Positions 25,184-34,326 are shown, counted from the first letter of the stretch. The stretch is DNA of 35,897 bases from an uncultured Erysipelotrichaceae bacterium (GCA_902782535.1 CACZNM010000069.1:1-35897); one strand, 5' to 3'. Numbers and translations: made by a program. The notes: a model not told the origin generated them from the letters alone.

Positions 25184-26686
25184 ATGGATGGATATAATTA
25201 TGATGAGTTTAATGATGATAGCCTTGTTAAAAATGAAAATAATAAAACAAAGATTATATTTATAGTAATAATGGCTGTTTTGATAATATTATTGGTCATA
25301 TTTTTACCAAAATTATTAAATAATCCCTCTAGACGTTATTCTAATATGGAAGAAAGATTAATAGAATCTGCCAAAGCATATGTTATTAATAATAATATTA
25401 CGATAGATAGTGAAATATATCTTGACGTTAATACTTTAAAAATATCACTAGATGGTGATTGTTTATTAACTTCAGGTGTTATATTTGATGGTAAAAATTA
25501 TTATCCTAATTTAGTATGTAATGATTATCAAAGTCCTTTAACTTATAATTCTACTAATTATGATAAGATTAATTATCGGTTGATACCAAGTGGAAAAACT
25601 GTTGATGATGTAACCATTGCTATCTCAATTAATGATATTAATTATGATTATATTGAATTACCCAATAATGAAAAGATAAATGAAAAATATATAACATATA
25701 AAGTTAGTGAAAATGGTTCATATAAATTTAATATATATGATAAAGAAGGCAATGTTAATGAAAAGATAATTGAGGTAAGTAATATTGAAAATATTGATTA
25801 TGGAACTTGTCTTGCAAAATGGAAAAATGATTATACTATGATTAATGTTATTGTTAATGATGGTGTTATCGTTAATAGTTATGAGTATATTATTAGTGAT
25901 AAAACAGAATCAATTAGTGCTTCCAATGAATTTAGTAGTAAAACATTAAAACCAGAAAAAGTAGTAGTAAAAATTAAAATAGCGGATGGTAAAACAGGGA
26001 AAATTAAATGTGATATTGATGAAAAAATGGAACCTCAAATTGTTACAAACGAAAAAGGAAAAAATTGTTTAGAAGGTTATATATGTTATATTCAGTATGA
26101 TTATCAAGATAGTAAATATCCTTTCTGTTCGATGGATCCGGTAGAGAAACCTCAATCATGTGGAGGAATTGGTAGACATGGCTGCTCACTTACATCAGCT
26201 TCTATTGCTATTGCTAATTTAGGAGTTAAGAGTATGAACGGAGAACTATATAATCCATTTACAGTTTGGGAAGAATTATATCCAATTGCCGATAGGAAAA
26301 ACGGTTCTTGTTGGGGTGGATGTTCTGGTTGGTCAAATATTCGTAGATCTGTTATTAAGTCTGGCCTATCAGCAGATACAAAAGCTAATAATTTAAGCAA
26401 ATCAAGATTTACAGAATTATTAGAGCATTTAAGAAATGGTTATCCAATTATCGTTCATGCCTCAGATGGACCGTATACTTCGGGAAGTGGGCATTATATG
26501 ACTCTTTTAGCAACAAGGGAAGATAATTACGTTTATTTATCAGATCCAGCTTTAACAGATGGTACCAAAAAAGAATACTATTCTGGGCGTCAATATTATG
26601 CCGATACATGGGTTACGTTAGATGATTTAGTAAGTGGAAAAGTAGATACATATTTGTTAGTTGGACCACCTGATTATTTTAAGTAG
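25184..26686 (+). CDS. membrane-anchored protein with a C-terminal papain/C39-like cysteine peptidase domain
   Basis: The N-terminal signal anchor is IIFIVIMAVLIILLVIFLP. The C-terminal ~190 aa carries Cys (GRHGCSLTSASIAIANLG), His (GSGHYMTLLA) and Asp (YLSDP) in the expected order. Confidence 0.55.
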   Translation: MDGYNYDEFNDDSLVKNENNKTKIIFIVIMAVLIILLVIFLPKLLNNPSRRYSNMEERLIESAKAYVINNNITIDSEIYLDVNTLKISLDGDCLLTSGVIFDGKNYYPNLVCNDYQSPLTYNSTNYDKINYRLIPSGKTVDDVTIAISINDINYDYIELPNNEKINEKYITYKVSENGSYKFNIYDKEGNVNEKIIEVSNIENIDYGTCLAKWKNDYTMINVIVNDGVIVNSYEYIISDKTESISASNEFSSKTLKPEKVVVKIKIADGKTGKIKCDIDEKMEPQIVTNEKGKNCLEGYICYIQYDYQDSKYPFCSMDPVEKPQSCGGIGRHGCSLTSASIAIANLGVKSMNGELYNPFTVWEELYPIADRKNGSCWGGCSGWSNIRRSVIKSGLSADTKANNLSKSRFTELLEHLRNGYPIIVHASDGPYTSGSGHYMTLLATREDNYVYLSDPALTDGTKKEYYSGRQYYADTWVTLDDLVSGKVDTYLLVGPPDYFK

Positions 26687-26705
26687 ATTTATTCTACTTT
26701 TTCTT
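26681..26705 (+). terminator. rho-independent terminator after the C39-like peptidase gene
   Basis: A stem AAGTAGA / TCTACTT has the loop TTTAT, followed by TTTTC. The stop codon lies in the 5' arm. Confidence 0.6.
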
Positions 26706-26747
26706 TACAATTAATTATATTTTCTATATAATTATGGTGGTGATTTT

Positions 26748-27464
26748 ATGGAAAGATTATCAAAAGTAATTGCCAATTCTGGTTTTGCATCAAGAAGAAA
26801 AGTAGATGAATTAATTAGTAAAGGTGAAGTATTGGTAAACGGTGATGTTGCAGTATTAGGACAAAAGGTAAATAGTAATGATGTTATTACTATTAATGGT
26901 GAAGTAATAAAGAATAATAATGGTAATTATGTTTATTATTTATTAAATAAACCTCGAGGTATTATTACGTCTAATCATGATGAAAAAGGCAGAAAAACAG
27001 TTATTGATTTAATTGATACAGATGAAAGAATATATCCAGTTGGAAGACTTGATTATGATACAACAGGAGCTTTACTTCTTACTAATGATGGAGAATTAAC
27101 TAATAGATTGTTACATCCAAGAAATAATATTGAAAAAATATATCTTGCCAAAATACAAGGCATAATAACTGGAACGGATATAAATAAAATAAAAAATGGT
27201 GTGGTAATTGATGATTTTAAAACTAGTCCGGCTAGAGTAAAATTAAAAAGTTATAATCGTAGTTCTAATACATCTTTAGTATTAATAACTATTCATGAAG
27301 GACATAATCATCAGGTAAAAAAAATGTTTGAAGCTGTAGGATACCAAGTGGATAAATTAACGCGTCTTTCTTTTGCAGGACTTGATGTTAAAAAATTAAA
27401 AAGTGGTGAATATCGAATGTTATCTCTAAAAGAAGTACAGCGCTTATATAGTATGGTAAAATAA
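26748..27464 (+). CDS. rluB: 16S/23S rRNA pseudouridine synthase, RsuA/RluB family
   Basis: An S4 domain (MERLSKVIANSGFASRRKVDELI) precedes the catalytic motif GRLDYDTTGALLLTNDG, then HPR and EGHNHQVKKMF. Confidence 0.85.
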   Translation: MERLSKVIANSGFASRRKVDELISKGEVLVNGDVAVLGQKVNSNDVITINGEVIKNNNGNYVYYLLNKPRGIITSNHDEKGRKTVIDLIDTDERIYPVGRLDYDTTGALLLTNDGELTNRLLHPRNNIEKIYLAKIQGIITGTDINKIKNGVVIDDFKTSPARVKLKSYNRSSNTSLVLITIHEGHNHQVKKMFEAVGYQVDKLTRLSFAGLDVKKLKSGEYRMLSLKEVQRLYSMVK

Positions 27465-27465
27465 T

Positions 27466-27951
27466 ATGAGTGAATTTACATTAAAAATAGATTATTCTAA
27501 TTATTTTCATGATTATAGTGATATAGTTAGTTATCTCTTATCATTAAAGGGGATAGAAGACGTTATTGTAAAAGAAGAAGAAAAAACCGGTTTAATTAAT
27601 GTAATTACTAAATACAAAAGTGAAAATATTAGTAATGAACGAATTAAACTTGAAATACTAGGCTTTTTAAATTTATTAAATAATCCAGCAGTTTATGGAT
27701 TTGATAAACATTATAAAGGAAAAGATATTCAATGTATAAATTTGCATTATAATATATGTTGTGAATTCTGTTATGCAAATATTCTTGATATTCTTTATAA
27801 TACTAAAGGAATTGAAAAAGTAGAAAGTGATTTTTGTGAGAAGTATTTGGATGTCGATTCACAATATACAATATCTATTTATTATAATCCTAAGGTAATT
27901 AGTGAAAATGAAATGCAAGATTTGAAGAAAGAAATAGATGTTTATGGTTAG
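27466..27951 (+). CDS. hypothetical protein, possible tandem ferredoxin-like/HMA-like domains (the second has a CxxC)
   Basis: 161 aa, starting 1 nt after the rluB stop. The second half (IQCINLHYNICCEFCYANILDILYNTKGIEKVESDF...TISIYYNP) has the beta-alpha-beta-beta-alpha-beta pattern and CEFC loop of heavy-metal-associated domains. The first half has the same pattern without Cys. Confidence 0.5.
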   Translation: MSEFTLKIDYSNYFHDYSDIVSYLLSLKGIEDVIVKEEEKTGLINVITKYKSENISNERIKLEILGFLNLLNNPAVYGFDKHYKGKDIQCINLHYNICCEFCYANILDILYNTKGIEKVESDFCEKYLDVDSQYTISIYYNPKVISENEMQDLKKEIDVYG

Positions 27952-27980
27952 AAAAGAAGAGATTTCTTCTTTTTATTTTA
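27952..27980 (+). terminator. rho-independent terminator after the rluB/HMA-like pair
   Basis: A 9-bp stem AAAAGAAGA / TCTTCTTTT has the loop GATT and a T-rich tail. Confidence 0.65.
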
Positions 27981-27987
27981 TAAACTA

Positions 27988-28016
27988 TTGAAGTATTTTT
28001 AATAATTAGGTATAAT
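27988..28016 (+). promoter_or_regulatory. sigmaA-type promoter of tig
   Basis: TTGAAG - 17 nt - TATAAT lies 21 nt upstream of the start codon, with GGAGG in between. Confidence 0.6.
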
Positions 28017-28036
28017 ATCATGGAGATGGAGGAAAT

Positions 28037-29290
28037 ATGGGAAAAACGAAACATGAAATAACAATTAAAATTGAAGGAGAAGATTGGGAAAAAGCCCAAA
28101 ATACGGCTTTTGAAAAGAGAAATAAGACAGCAAAAATAGCAGGTTTTAGACCTGGTAAAGCTCCAAAAGATGTTTTTATTAAACATTATGGAAAAGAATC
28201 ACTATATTTTGATGCTGCAGATAGTGTTTTAAATTTAGCATATCAAAAGGCCCTTGAAAAAGAGAAATTAATCCCTGTTGTAGAGCCAAAAGCAGATATA
28301 AAAAGTATTGATGAGACAGGTGTAGAATTTATATTTACAGTTATTACAAAACCAGAAGTAAAAGTAAAAAAATATAAAGGGTTTAATGTAAAAAAAGATA
28401 GTGTTAAAGTATCTAAAAAAGAGATTGATGAAGAAATAGAACACTTATTAAGTCATTATACAGAATTAGTTTTAAAAGATGGTGAGTTAGCTAAAGGTGA
28501 TGTCGCTATTATTGATTATGAAGGTTTTAAAGATGGAGTAGCCTTTGATGGTGGTAAAGCTGAAAATTACTCTTTAGAAATTGGTAGTAATACCTTTATC
28601 CCAGGTTTTGAAGATGCCTTAATTGGTATGAAAACAGATGAGGAACGTGATATTAACCTTACTTTCCCTAAGGATTATCACGAAAAATCACTTGCAGGTG
28701 CGCCAGTTGTATTTAAAGTAAAACTTCATGAAATTAAAGAAAAACAAAAAAGAGAATTAGATGAAGAGTTTTTTGAAGATCTAGGTATGGAAGGCGTTAA
28801 TTCTAAAGAAACACTAGAAGAAGAAATCAAGAAAAACTTGGAAGCTCATAAAAATATGGATGCTGAAAATAAATTTGTTGATGATATGTTAGCTAAAGTT
28901 GCAGAAAATACCGAAGTTGAAATACCAGATGAAATGGTTGACGATGAAATTCATCGTTTGATGCATAGAATGGATGAACAATTAAAAATGCAAGGTTTGT
29001 CTCTGGAAATCTATCAAGAATATGCAAAACTATCACATGAGGATTTGCATAAACAATTTGAAGGAGAAGCTCGAAAAAATGTTTTGTATCGCTTAATTCT
29101 TGAAGAACTTGTAAAAGTAGAAAAGATTGAAGTAACACTTGAAGAAGCTGAAAAAGAAGCTGATACTCTTGCTAGTAAATACGGAATGACAAGAGACGAT
29201 CTACTAAAAGAATTCGGTGGAATAGACATGATTATGTATGACATGGAAGTTCGTAAAGTATTTGACAAATTAAAAGAATATAATAAATAG
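28037..29290 (+). CDS. tig: trigger factor
   Basis: The ribosome-binding signature IAGFRPGKAPKDVF and a central FKBP-type PPIase (DYEGFKDGVAFDGG, FIPGFEDALIGM) are present. RBS GGAGG and a strong promoter are present. Confidence 0.95.
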   Translation: MGKTKHEITIKIEGEDWEKAQNTAFEKRNKTAKIAGFRPGKAPKDVFIKHYGKESLYFDAADSVLNLAYQKALEKEKLIPVVEPKADIKSIDETGVEFIFTVITKPEVKVKKYKGFNVKKDSVKVSKKEIDEEIEHLLSHYTELVLKDGELAKGDVAIIDYEGFKDGVAFDGGKAENYSLEIGSNTFIPGFEDALIGMKTDEERDINLTFPKDYHEKSLAGAPVVFKVKLHEIKEKQKRELDEEFFEDLGMEGVNSKETLEEEIKKNLEAHKNMDAENKFVDDMLAKVAENTEVEIPDEMVDDEIHRLMHRMDEQLKMQGLSLEIYQEYAKLSHEDLHKQFEGEARKNVLYRLILEELVKVEKIEVTLEEAEKEADTLASKYGMTRDDLLKEFGGIDMIMYDMEVRKVFDKLKEYNK

Positions 29291-29316
29291 TTTTAGTATT
29301 TTAAAGAGGTATATAC

Positions 29317-29724
29317 ATGGATTTAAAAGAAATAATTGATAATTATGTTGATTCTTTAATTATGTTTGAAAAAGCTAAAAAAAGTGATAATACGATAGAA
29401 ATAGAATATCTAGATAATGAAAAAAGAAGATTACATGATTTATATATTGATAAACTATATCGAGCTAGTAGTGATGAATTAAAAGATTTAAAAGAGTATT
29501 TAGTAAATTTAATTAACGAATTACATGAAAGAATAATAGAATTTGAACAAAAAAAGAATTGTATATTTAACAATGTAGTAAAAGGTAATGACATGTATAT
29601 TGATGAACTATATAAGATAAATAAAATATTAGATTACTTAATTGCCAAAAAGAAAAGATATGAAAATATTGTTTATGGACTTAAAGAATTAATTAAAACA
29701 AAAATATTTTTAAAGAAAAGATAG
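29317..29724 (+). CDS. hypothetical coiled-coil protein (135 aa)
   Basis: The ORF has RBS AAAGAGG and is followed by a terminator. It is helical and charged, with no recognisable motif. Confidence 0.55.
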   Translation: MDLKEIIDNYVDSLIMFEKAKKSDNTIEIEYLDNEKRRLHDLYIDKLYRASSDELKDLKEYLVNLINELHERIIEFEQKKNCIFNNVVKGNDMYIDELYKINKILDYLIAKKKRYENIVYGLKELIKTKIFLKKR

Positions 29725-29748
29725 AAGGATATTAACCCTTCTTTTTTA
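29723..29748 (+). terminator. rho-independent terminator after the tig-orf135b unit
   Basis: A stem AGAAGG / CCTTCT has an 8-nt loop, followed by TTTTT. Confidence 0.6.
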
Positions 29749-29756
29749 TTAAATGT

Positions 29757-29848
29757 AAAGTATAAAAAGAATAATACTTTTTTCTTGCTTTATACTTTAT
29801 ACTTTGTTACAATAAAGATGAATATGAAAAGTTATATCATGTATACTT
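29757..29848 (+). repeat. cluster of ATACTTT/TATACTT motifs (four direct, one inverted) in the intergenic region upstream of the Big_2 gene
   Basis: AAAGTAT at 29757-29763 (inverted); ATACTTT at 29774-29780, 29792-29798 and 29799-29805; TATACTT at 29842-29848. Confidence 0.7.
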
Positions 29849-29897
29849 AATTGTATTATCATTTATGGTATGGTATCGAAGGGATGTGATATTATTT

Positions 29898-31070
29898 ATG
29901 AATAATGAAAATAATTTTAGTGGAAATGCTAATTATAATAATTTCAATGGGAATGGTAGCTATAATAATTTTAATGGGAATGTTGGTTATAACAATTTTA
30001 ACGGAAATAATGTTAATTCATCAAAAGGTTCTACAAGTAGTTCTGGTGTAACAAAAATTTTAATATTTCTTATTATTTTAGCATTACTTGGTGGATTCTA
30101 TTGGTTTTTTTTGAGAAAAGATAATGCTAGTGATAATGAAATCTTGGTTACAGGTATTAGTTTTCCTAATGATACACTTTATATTAAAACTGGTTCATCG
30201 TTTGAATTGAAAAAATATATAATAATAAGTCCAGAGGGTGCTAAAATTAATAGTATTACTTATAGTAATCAAAACCCTTCTGTTTTAGTAATCAACGATG
30301 GAATAATTCAAACGGTTGCAAATGGATATGATGAGATAAAAGTAGTAGCAAATGGAAATGTTACGAAAAACATATCTGTTGTTGTATCTGATGATGTAGT
30401 TAGTGGTTTTACGGAAACTAAACAAGCTTTAAGTTTTCAAAAAGATAAAATATCCCTATCAATATCAGATGAAAAAGACTTAACAACATTATTAAACAAT
30501 GGTAGTGATAATATCATATGGAAAAGCAGTGATTCAAGTGTTGTCATGGTTGATAATACAGGTAAAATTACTGGTGTTTCTAAGGGACAAGTAGTTATTA
30601 CTGCAACTGATTTAGAGGGTCGTAGTGCTTCAATAGTTGTGGATGTTACAAGTAATGATGAAGTTCAAAGAATAGAATTAAATCAGTCTGGGATTACCAA
30701 GGATGCCAATGGAAATTATGAATTAAGATTAGCAATTGGAGAAAGTTTTGTTCTTACACCAACGGTTGTTTCGCAAACATTAACTGATAAACAATTATCA
30801 TTTGAAGTTGATAATCAAGCATTAGTAATTTTAAAAGTTAGTGATGATAAATTAAGTGTAACTATAATGGGAGGACGTAAAGCAACGGGGGAAGCAACTA
30901 TTACAATTAAGAGTTCTAATAATTTAGTAACAACGTTAAAAGTTATTGTAGGTAGTACATCTACGGGTGGTCATACAGGTACAGGAGGAACATCCGGTAG
31001 AACATCAGGCGGAACTACTGGAGGATCAACTACCCCAACGATACCAGAAGGAAAAAGAAGAAGTAATTAA
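29898..31070 (+). CDS. surface protein: Asn-rich N-terminal repeats, one TM helix, Big_2 (bacterial Ig-like group 2) domains, Gly/Thr-rich tail
   Basis: (Y)NNFNGN nonapeptide repeats and a TM helix (ILIFLIILALLGGFYWFF) are followed by Big_2-like segments (e.g. VDNTGKITGVSKGQVVITATDLEGRSASIVVDV) and a tail TSTGGHTGTGGTSGRTSGGTTGGSTTP. The start is ambiguous between 29865 (track) and 29898; I chose 29898 (MNNENN...). Confidence 0.7.
   Translation: MNNENNFSGNANYNNFNGNGSYNNFNGNVGYNNFNGNNVNSSKGSTSSSGVTKILIFLIILALLGGFYWFFLRKDNASDNEILVTGISFPNDTLYIKTGSSFELKKYIIISPEGAKINSITYSNQNPSVLVINDGIIQTVANGYDEIKVVANGNVTKNISVVVSDDVVSGFTETKQALSFQKDKISLSISDEKDLTTLLNNGSDNIIWKSSDSSVVMVDNTGKITGVSKGQVVITATDLEGRSASIVVDVTSNDEVQRIELNQSGITKDANGNYELRLAIGESFVLTPTVVSQTLTDKQLSFEVDNQALVILKVSDDKLSVTIMGGRKATGEATITIKSSNNLVTTLKVIVGSTSTGGHTGTGGTSGRTSGGTTGGSTTPTIPEGKRRSN
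29910..30008 (+). repeat. in-frame 27-nt tandem repeats encoding (Y)NNFNGNxx, three good copies plus one degenerate copy
   Basis: The protein reads NNFSGNAN YNNFNGNGS YNNFNGNVG YNNFNGN. The DNA copies are diverged at wobble positions. Confidence 0.75.
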
Positions 31071-31078
31071 TAATTTAT

Positions 31079-31108
31079 AAAAAACGACTTTTAAAAAGTT
31101 GTTTTTTA
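31079..31108 (+). terminator. rho-independent terminator after the Big_2 surface protein gene
   Basis: The stem AAAAACGACTT / AAGTTGTTTTT (one G-U pair) has a 5-nt loop and a T run. Confidence 0.65.
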
Positions 31109-31139
31109 TTATATAATAATTCATGAAAAGAGGGATAAT

Positions 31140-31421
31140 ATGTTAAGCAAAGAAGAAGTAATGCATGTAGCACATTTAGCAAGAATTGAAATTGATGAAG
31201 AAGAATTAGAAAAATACCAGCGTGATTTAAAAATATTATTTGATGAAATAGATAAAATAAAAGATTTAGATGATTTTGATGAAGATAGAATGTTTTCACC
31301 TTGTGAAAATGCATTTGATTTAGATAGACGTAATGTTGAAGTTGATAAAGATAATCTTTTATTAAATGTACCAAAAAAGAAAGGAAACTTCATTGAAGTT
31401 CCGGTAATGATTAATGAGTAA
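31140..31421 (+). CDS. gatC: Asp-tRNA(Asn)/Glu-tRNA(Gln) amidotransferase subunit C
   Basis: 93 aa with MLSKEEVMHVAHLARIEIDEEELEKY. It lies directly upstream of gatA and overlaps it by 8 nt. Confidence 0.9.
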   Translation: MLSKEEVMHVAHLARIEIDEEELEKYQRDLKILFDEIDKIKDLDDFDEDRMFSPCENAFDLDRRNVEVDKDNLLLNVPKKKGNFIEVPVMINE

Positions 31422-32865
31422 CTATATAAATTTAAGTATTAAAGAAATACATGTATTATTAAAAGAAAAAAAAATTACACCAATTGATTTGGTAAATGAA
31501 TGTATTAAAAAAATCGAAAGTAGTGATCTGAATGCTTTTATAACGCTTGATAAAGAAGGAGCATTAAAGCAAGCAGAAGAATTATCTAAAATGGAAGTTT
31601 CTGATGATTTATTGTTTGGTATACCTATTGCTATTAAAGATAATATTATGGTTAATGGATTAAGATGTACTTGTGCAAGTAGAATGTTAGATAATTTTAC
31701 CGCGATATACGATGCGGGATGTATCGATTTAATAAAAAAACATGGAATGATTATTATTGGTAAAACAAATATGGATGAATTTGCTATGGGTTCTACTTCT
31801 GAAACTAGTTATTATGGAGCTCCTAAAAACCCATGGAATAAAGATAAAGTAACAGGAGGTTCATCAGGTGGAAGTGCAGCTTCCGTAAGTGCAGGACTTG
31901 TTCCCATGGCACTTGGTAGTGATACAGGAGGAAGTATAAGACAGCCATCTAGTTTTACAGGTATTGTTGGTATGAAACCTACATATGGGAGAGTGTCACG
32001 ATATGGCTTAGTGGCATTTGCATCAAGTCTTGATCAGATTGGACCAATGACAAGAAATGTATACGAAAATGCGTTACTTTTAAATGCCATTTCAAAATTA
32101 GATAGACGTGATATGACAAGCTTTGATACTAACGAAGATTTTACAAGAAAGATAGATAAACCATTAGAAAACTTTAAAGTGGCAATTCCTAATTATTTTG
32201 TTAGTGATATCGTCGATTCTGAGGTAAAAAATAAGATATTAGAAATAAAAAAATTATTAGAAGATAATAATGTTAAAGTAGATTTTATTGATATAAAACA
32301 TATTGATAAGACGGTAACTTTATATCAAATTATTGCCATGGGAGAAGCTAGTAGTAACTTAGCAAGGTTTGATGGAGTAAGATACGGTTTTAGTTATCCT
32401 AATCCGACTAGTTTAGATGACTTGTATTCTAAGACTCGTAAATTCGGCTTTGGAAATGAAGTAAAAAGAAGAATTATGGTAGGAAGTTATTTACTTAGTG
32501 GTGAAAACGCTAAAACATATTATAATAAGGCTCTGGAAATAAGAGACGATTTGCAAAAAAATTTCTTAAAAGTATTTGATAATTACAATTTAATAATTGG
32601 ACCAACTACTGCTAGATGTGCATATGATCTTGGTGATAAAGGTGATGATCCACTTAAAAGCTTTATGGATGATGTACTTGTAATGCATGCTAATATGGGC
32701 GGATTTCCTTCATTATCTATGCCTGTTGGCTTTAATAGTGAGCATTTACCAATAGGACTTCAAATAATAGGTAATCTTCGTGATGAAGCAACAATTTATG
32801 GATTAGCAAGTTTTATTGAAAAGAATATTAAAGAAGATTTTAGTGAGGTGCGAAATGGACTATAA
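31414..32865 (+). CDS. gatA: Asp-tRNA(Asn)/Glu-tRNA(Gln) amidotransferase subunit A
   Basis: The amidase signature is IAIKDNI, GGSSGGSAASVSAG and GSDTGGSIRQPSSF. It is 483 aa. Confidence 0.95.
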   Translation: MSNYINLSIKEIHVLLKEKKITPIDLVNECIKKIESSDLNAFITLDKEGALKQAEELSKMEVSDDLLFGIPIAIKDNIMVNGLRCTCASRMLDNFTAIYDAGCIDLIKKHGMIIIGKTNMDEFAMGSTSETSYYGAPKNPWNKDKVTGGSSGGSAASVSAGLVPMALGSDTGGSIRQPSSFTGIVGMKPTYGRVSRYGLVAFASSLDQIGPMTRNVYENALLLNAISKLDRRDMTSFDTNEDFTRKIDKPLENFKVAIPNYFVSDIVDSEVKNKILEIKKLLEDNNVKVDFIDIKHIDKTVTLYQIIAMGEASSNLARFDGVRYGFSYPNPTSLDDLYSKTRKFGFGNEVKRRIMVGSYLLSGENAKTYYNKALEIRDDLQKNFLKVFDNYNLIIGPTTARCAYDLGDKGDDPLKSFMDDVLVMHANMGGFPSLSMPVGFNSEHLPIGLQIIGNLRDEATIYGLASFIEKNIKEDFSEVRNGL

Positions 32866-34264
32866 AATAACAGTTGGTATTGAAGTTCACTGTGAACTTA
32901 AAACAAAAGAAAAAATATTTTCACCAAGCTTATCTTGCTATGGAAGTATGGCTAATACGAATATTAATGTTATTGACTTAGGTTATCCAGGTACACTTCC
33001 GTTGCTTAATAAAGAAGTATTGGAATATGCTATAAGGGCATGTAAAGTATTAAATTTAAATATAACGCATGATATGCATTTTGATCGTAAGAACTATTTT
33101 TATGCTGATAATCCCAAAAACTTTCAAATAACGCAAAATGAAACACCTATTGGCCGTGATGGTTATGTAGAAATTGATGTAGATGGAGTAAAGAAAAAAA
33201 TAGAGATACTTGAAATGCATATTGAAGAGGATACATCAAAAAGTGTTCATGGGGAGAAATCTAGTCTACTTGATTTCAACAGAGCTGGTGTACCTTTAAT
33301 AGAGATAGTTACTAAACCATGTATTAATTCAAGTGTGGAGGCTGTTAAATATTTGGAAAAACTTCGTGAATTATTATTATATGCTAATGTATCAGATTGT
33401 AAAATAGAAGAAGGATCTATGCGATGTGAACCTAATGTTTCAATCTCTAAAACAGAGAAGTTTGGTACAAAGGTGGAAGTTAAAAATATTGGTTCAATAA
33501 GTAATGTTGGTGAAGCAATTGAATATGAAGTGGCAAGACAAAAAGAAATACTAGAAAAAGGTGAAGTATTAAAAGAACAAACTAGACGCTTTGATGATAA
33601 AACTAAAACAACAATTCTTATGCGTGTAAAAGAAACTGGTAATGATTATCGATATTTCCCTGAACCCGATATTCCTTTTGTACATTTAACAGATGAATTC
33701 ATTGAAAAAAGTCTTCATGATTTACCAAGAATGCCTGATGATAGAAGAAATGATTATGAAAAAGCAGGTATACTTCCTATTAACATTGAAAAGATTATCG
33801 CTAATAAAGCTTTATCAGACTATTTAGAAAGATTCCTGGATATAAATCTTGTTATTGCCTCTAATCTATTACTTGGTGATATTTCTGCATATTTAAATAA
33901 AAATAATATTTCTATTAGTGATACTAAATTAACTGATGACAAATTTAGAGATTTGGTTAATAAACTTGATAAAAAAGAAATAAGTAATAAAATATTTAAA
34001 GATATTTTAAATGATATTATGGAAACTGATAAAAATATTAATACTATTCTTGATGATAAAGGTCTTAATCTTATAAATGATGATTCTTTAATTGATACAT
34101 TAATTGATAAAGTATTAAGTGATAATTCTGATATAGTAAATCAATATAAATCAGGAAATGAAAGAAGTGCTAAGGCATTAATGGGATTATTGATGAAAGA
34201 AGGTAAAGGTAAAATTAATCCTTCTTCAGCTAACCAAAAATTAATGGAAAAACTAAATAGTTAA
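32855..34264 (+). CDS. gatB: Asp-tRNA(Asn)/Glu-tRNA(Gln) amidotransferase subunit B
   Basis: MDYKITVGIEVHCEL, NYFYADNPKNFQITQ, MRCEPNVS and a C-terminal YqeY-like tail are present. I chose ATG 32855 (GTGAGGTG upstream, 11-nt overlap with gatA) rather than track start 32816. Confidence 0.95.
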   Translation: MDYKITVGIEVHCELKTKEKIFSPSLSCYGSMANTNINVIDLGYPGTLPLLNKEVLEYAIRACKVLNLNITHDMHFDRKNYFYADNPKNFQITQNETPIGRDGYVEIDVDGVKKKIEILEMHIEEDTSKSVHGEKSSLLDFNRAGVPLIEIVTKPCINSSVEAVKYLEKLRELLLYANVSDCKIEEGSMRCEPNVSISKTEKFGTKVEVKNIGSISNVGEAIEYEVARQKEILEKGEVLKEQTRRFDDKTKTTILMRVKETGNDYRYFPEPDIPFVHLTDEFIEKSLHDLPRMPDDRRNDYEKAGILPINIEKIIANKALSDYLERFLDINLVIASNLLLGDISAYLNKNNISISDTKLTDDKFRDLVNKLDKKEISNKIFKDILNDIMETDKNINTILDDKGLNLINDDSLIDTLIDKVLSDNSDIVNQYKSGNERSAKALMGLLMKEGKGKINPSSANQKLMEKLNS

Positions 34265-34268
34265 TTGT

Positions 34269-34302
34269 AAAGAAAGTGTTATTTTTATAACATTTTCTTT
34301 TT
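34269..34302 (+). terminator. rho-independent terminator after gatB
   Basis: A 14-bp stem AAAGAAAGTGTTAT / ATAACATTTTCTTT (one G-U pair) has the loop TTTT. Confidence 0.7.
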
Positions 34303-34326
34303 CAAAGATTATGGATTGATAATAAC

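Noticed and set aside
31071-31139. T-box or other riboswitch leader upstream of gatCAB, and likewise upstream of tig and eno
   Set aside because: The spacers are only 67-85 nt and are largely occupied by the previous terminator, a promoter and an RBS. That is too short for a T-box or a known riboswitch aptamer.
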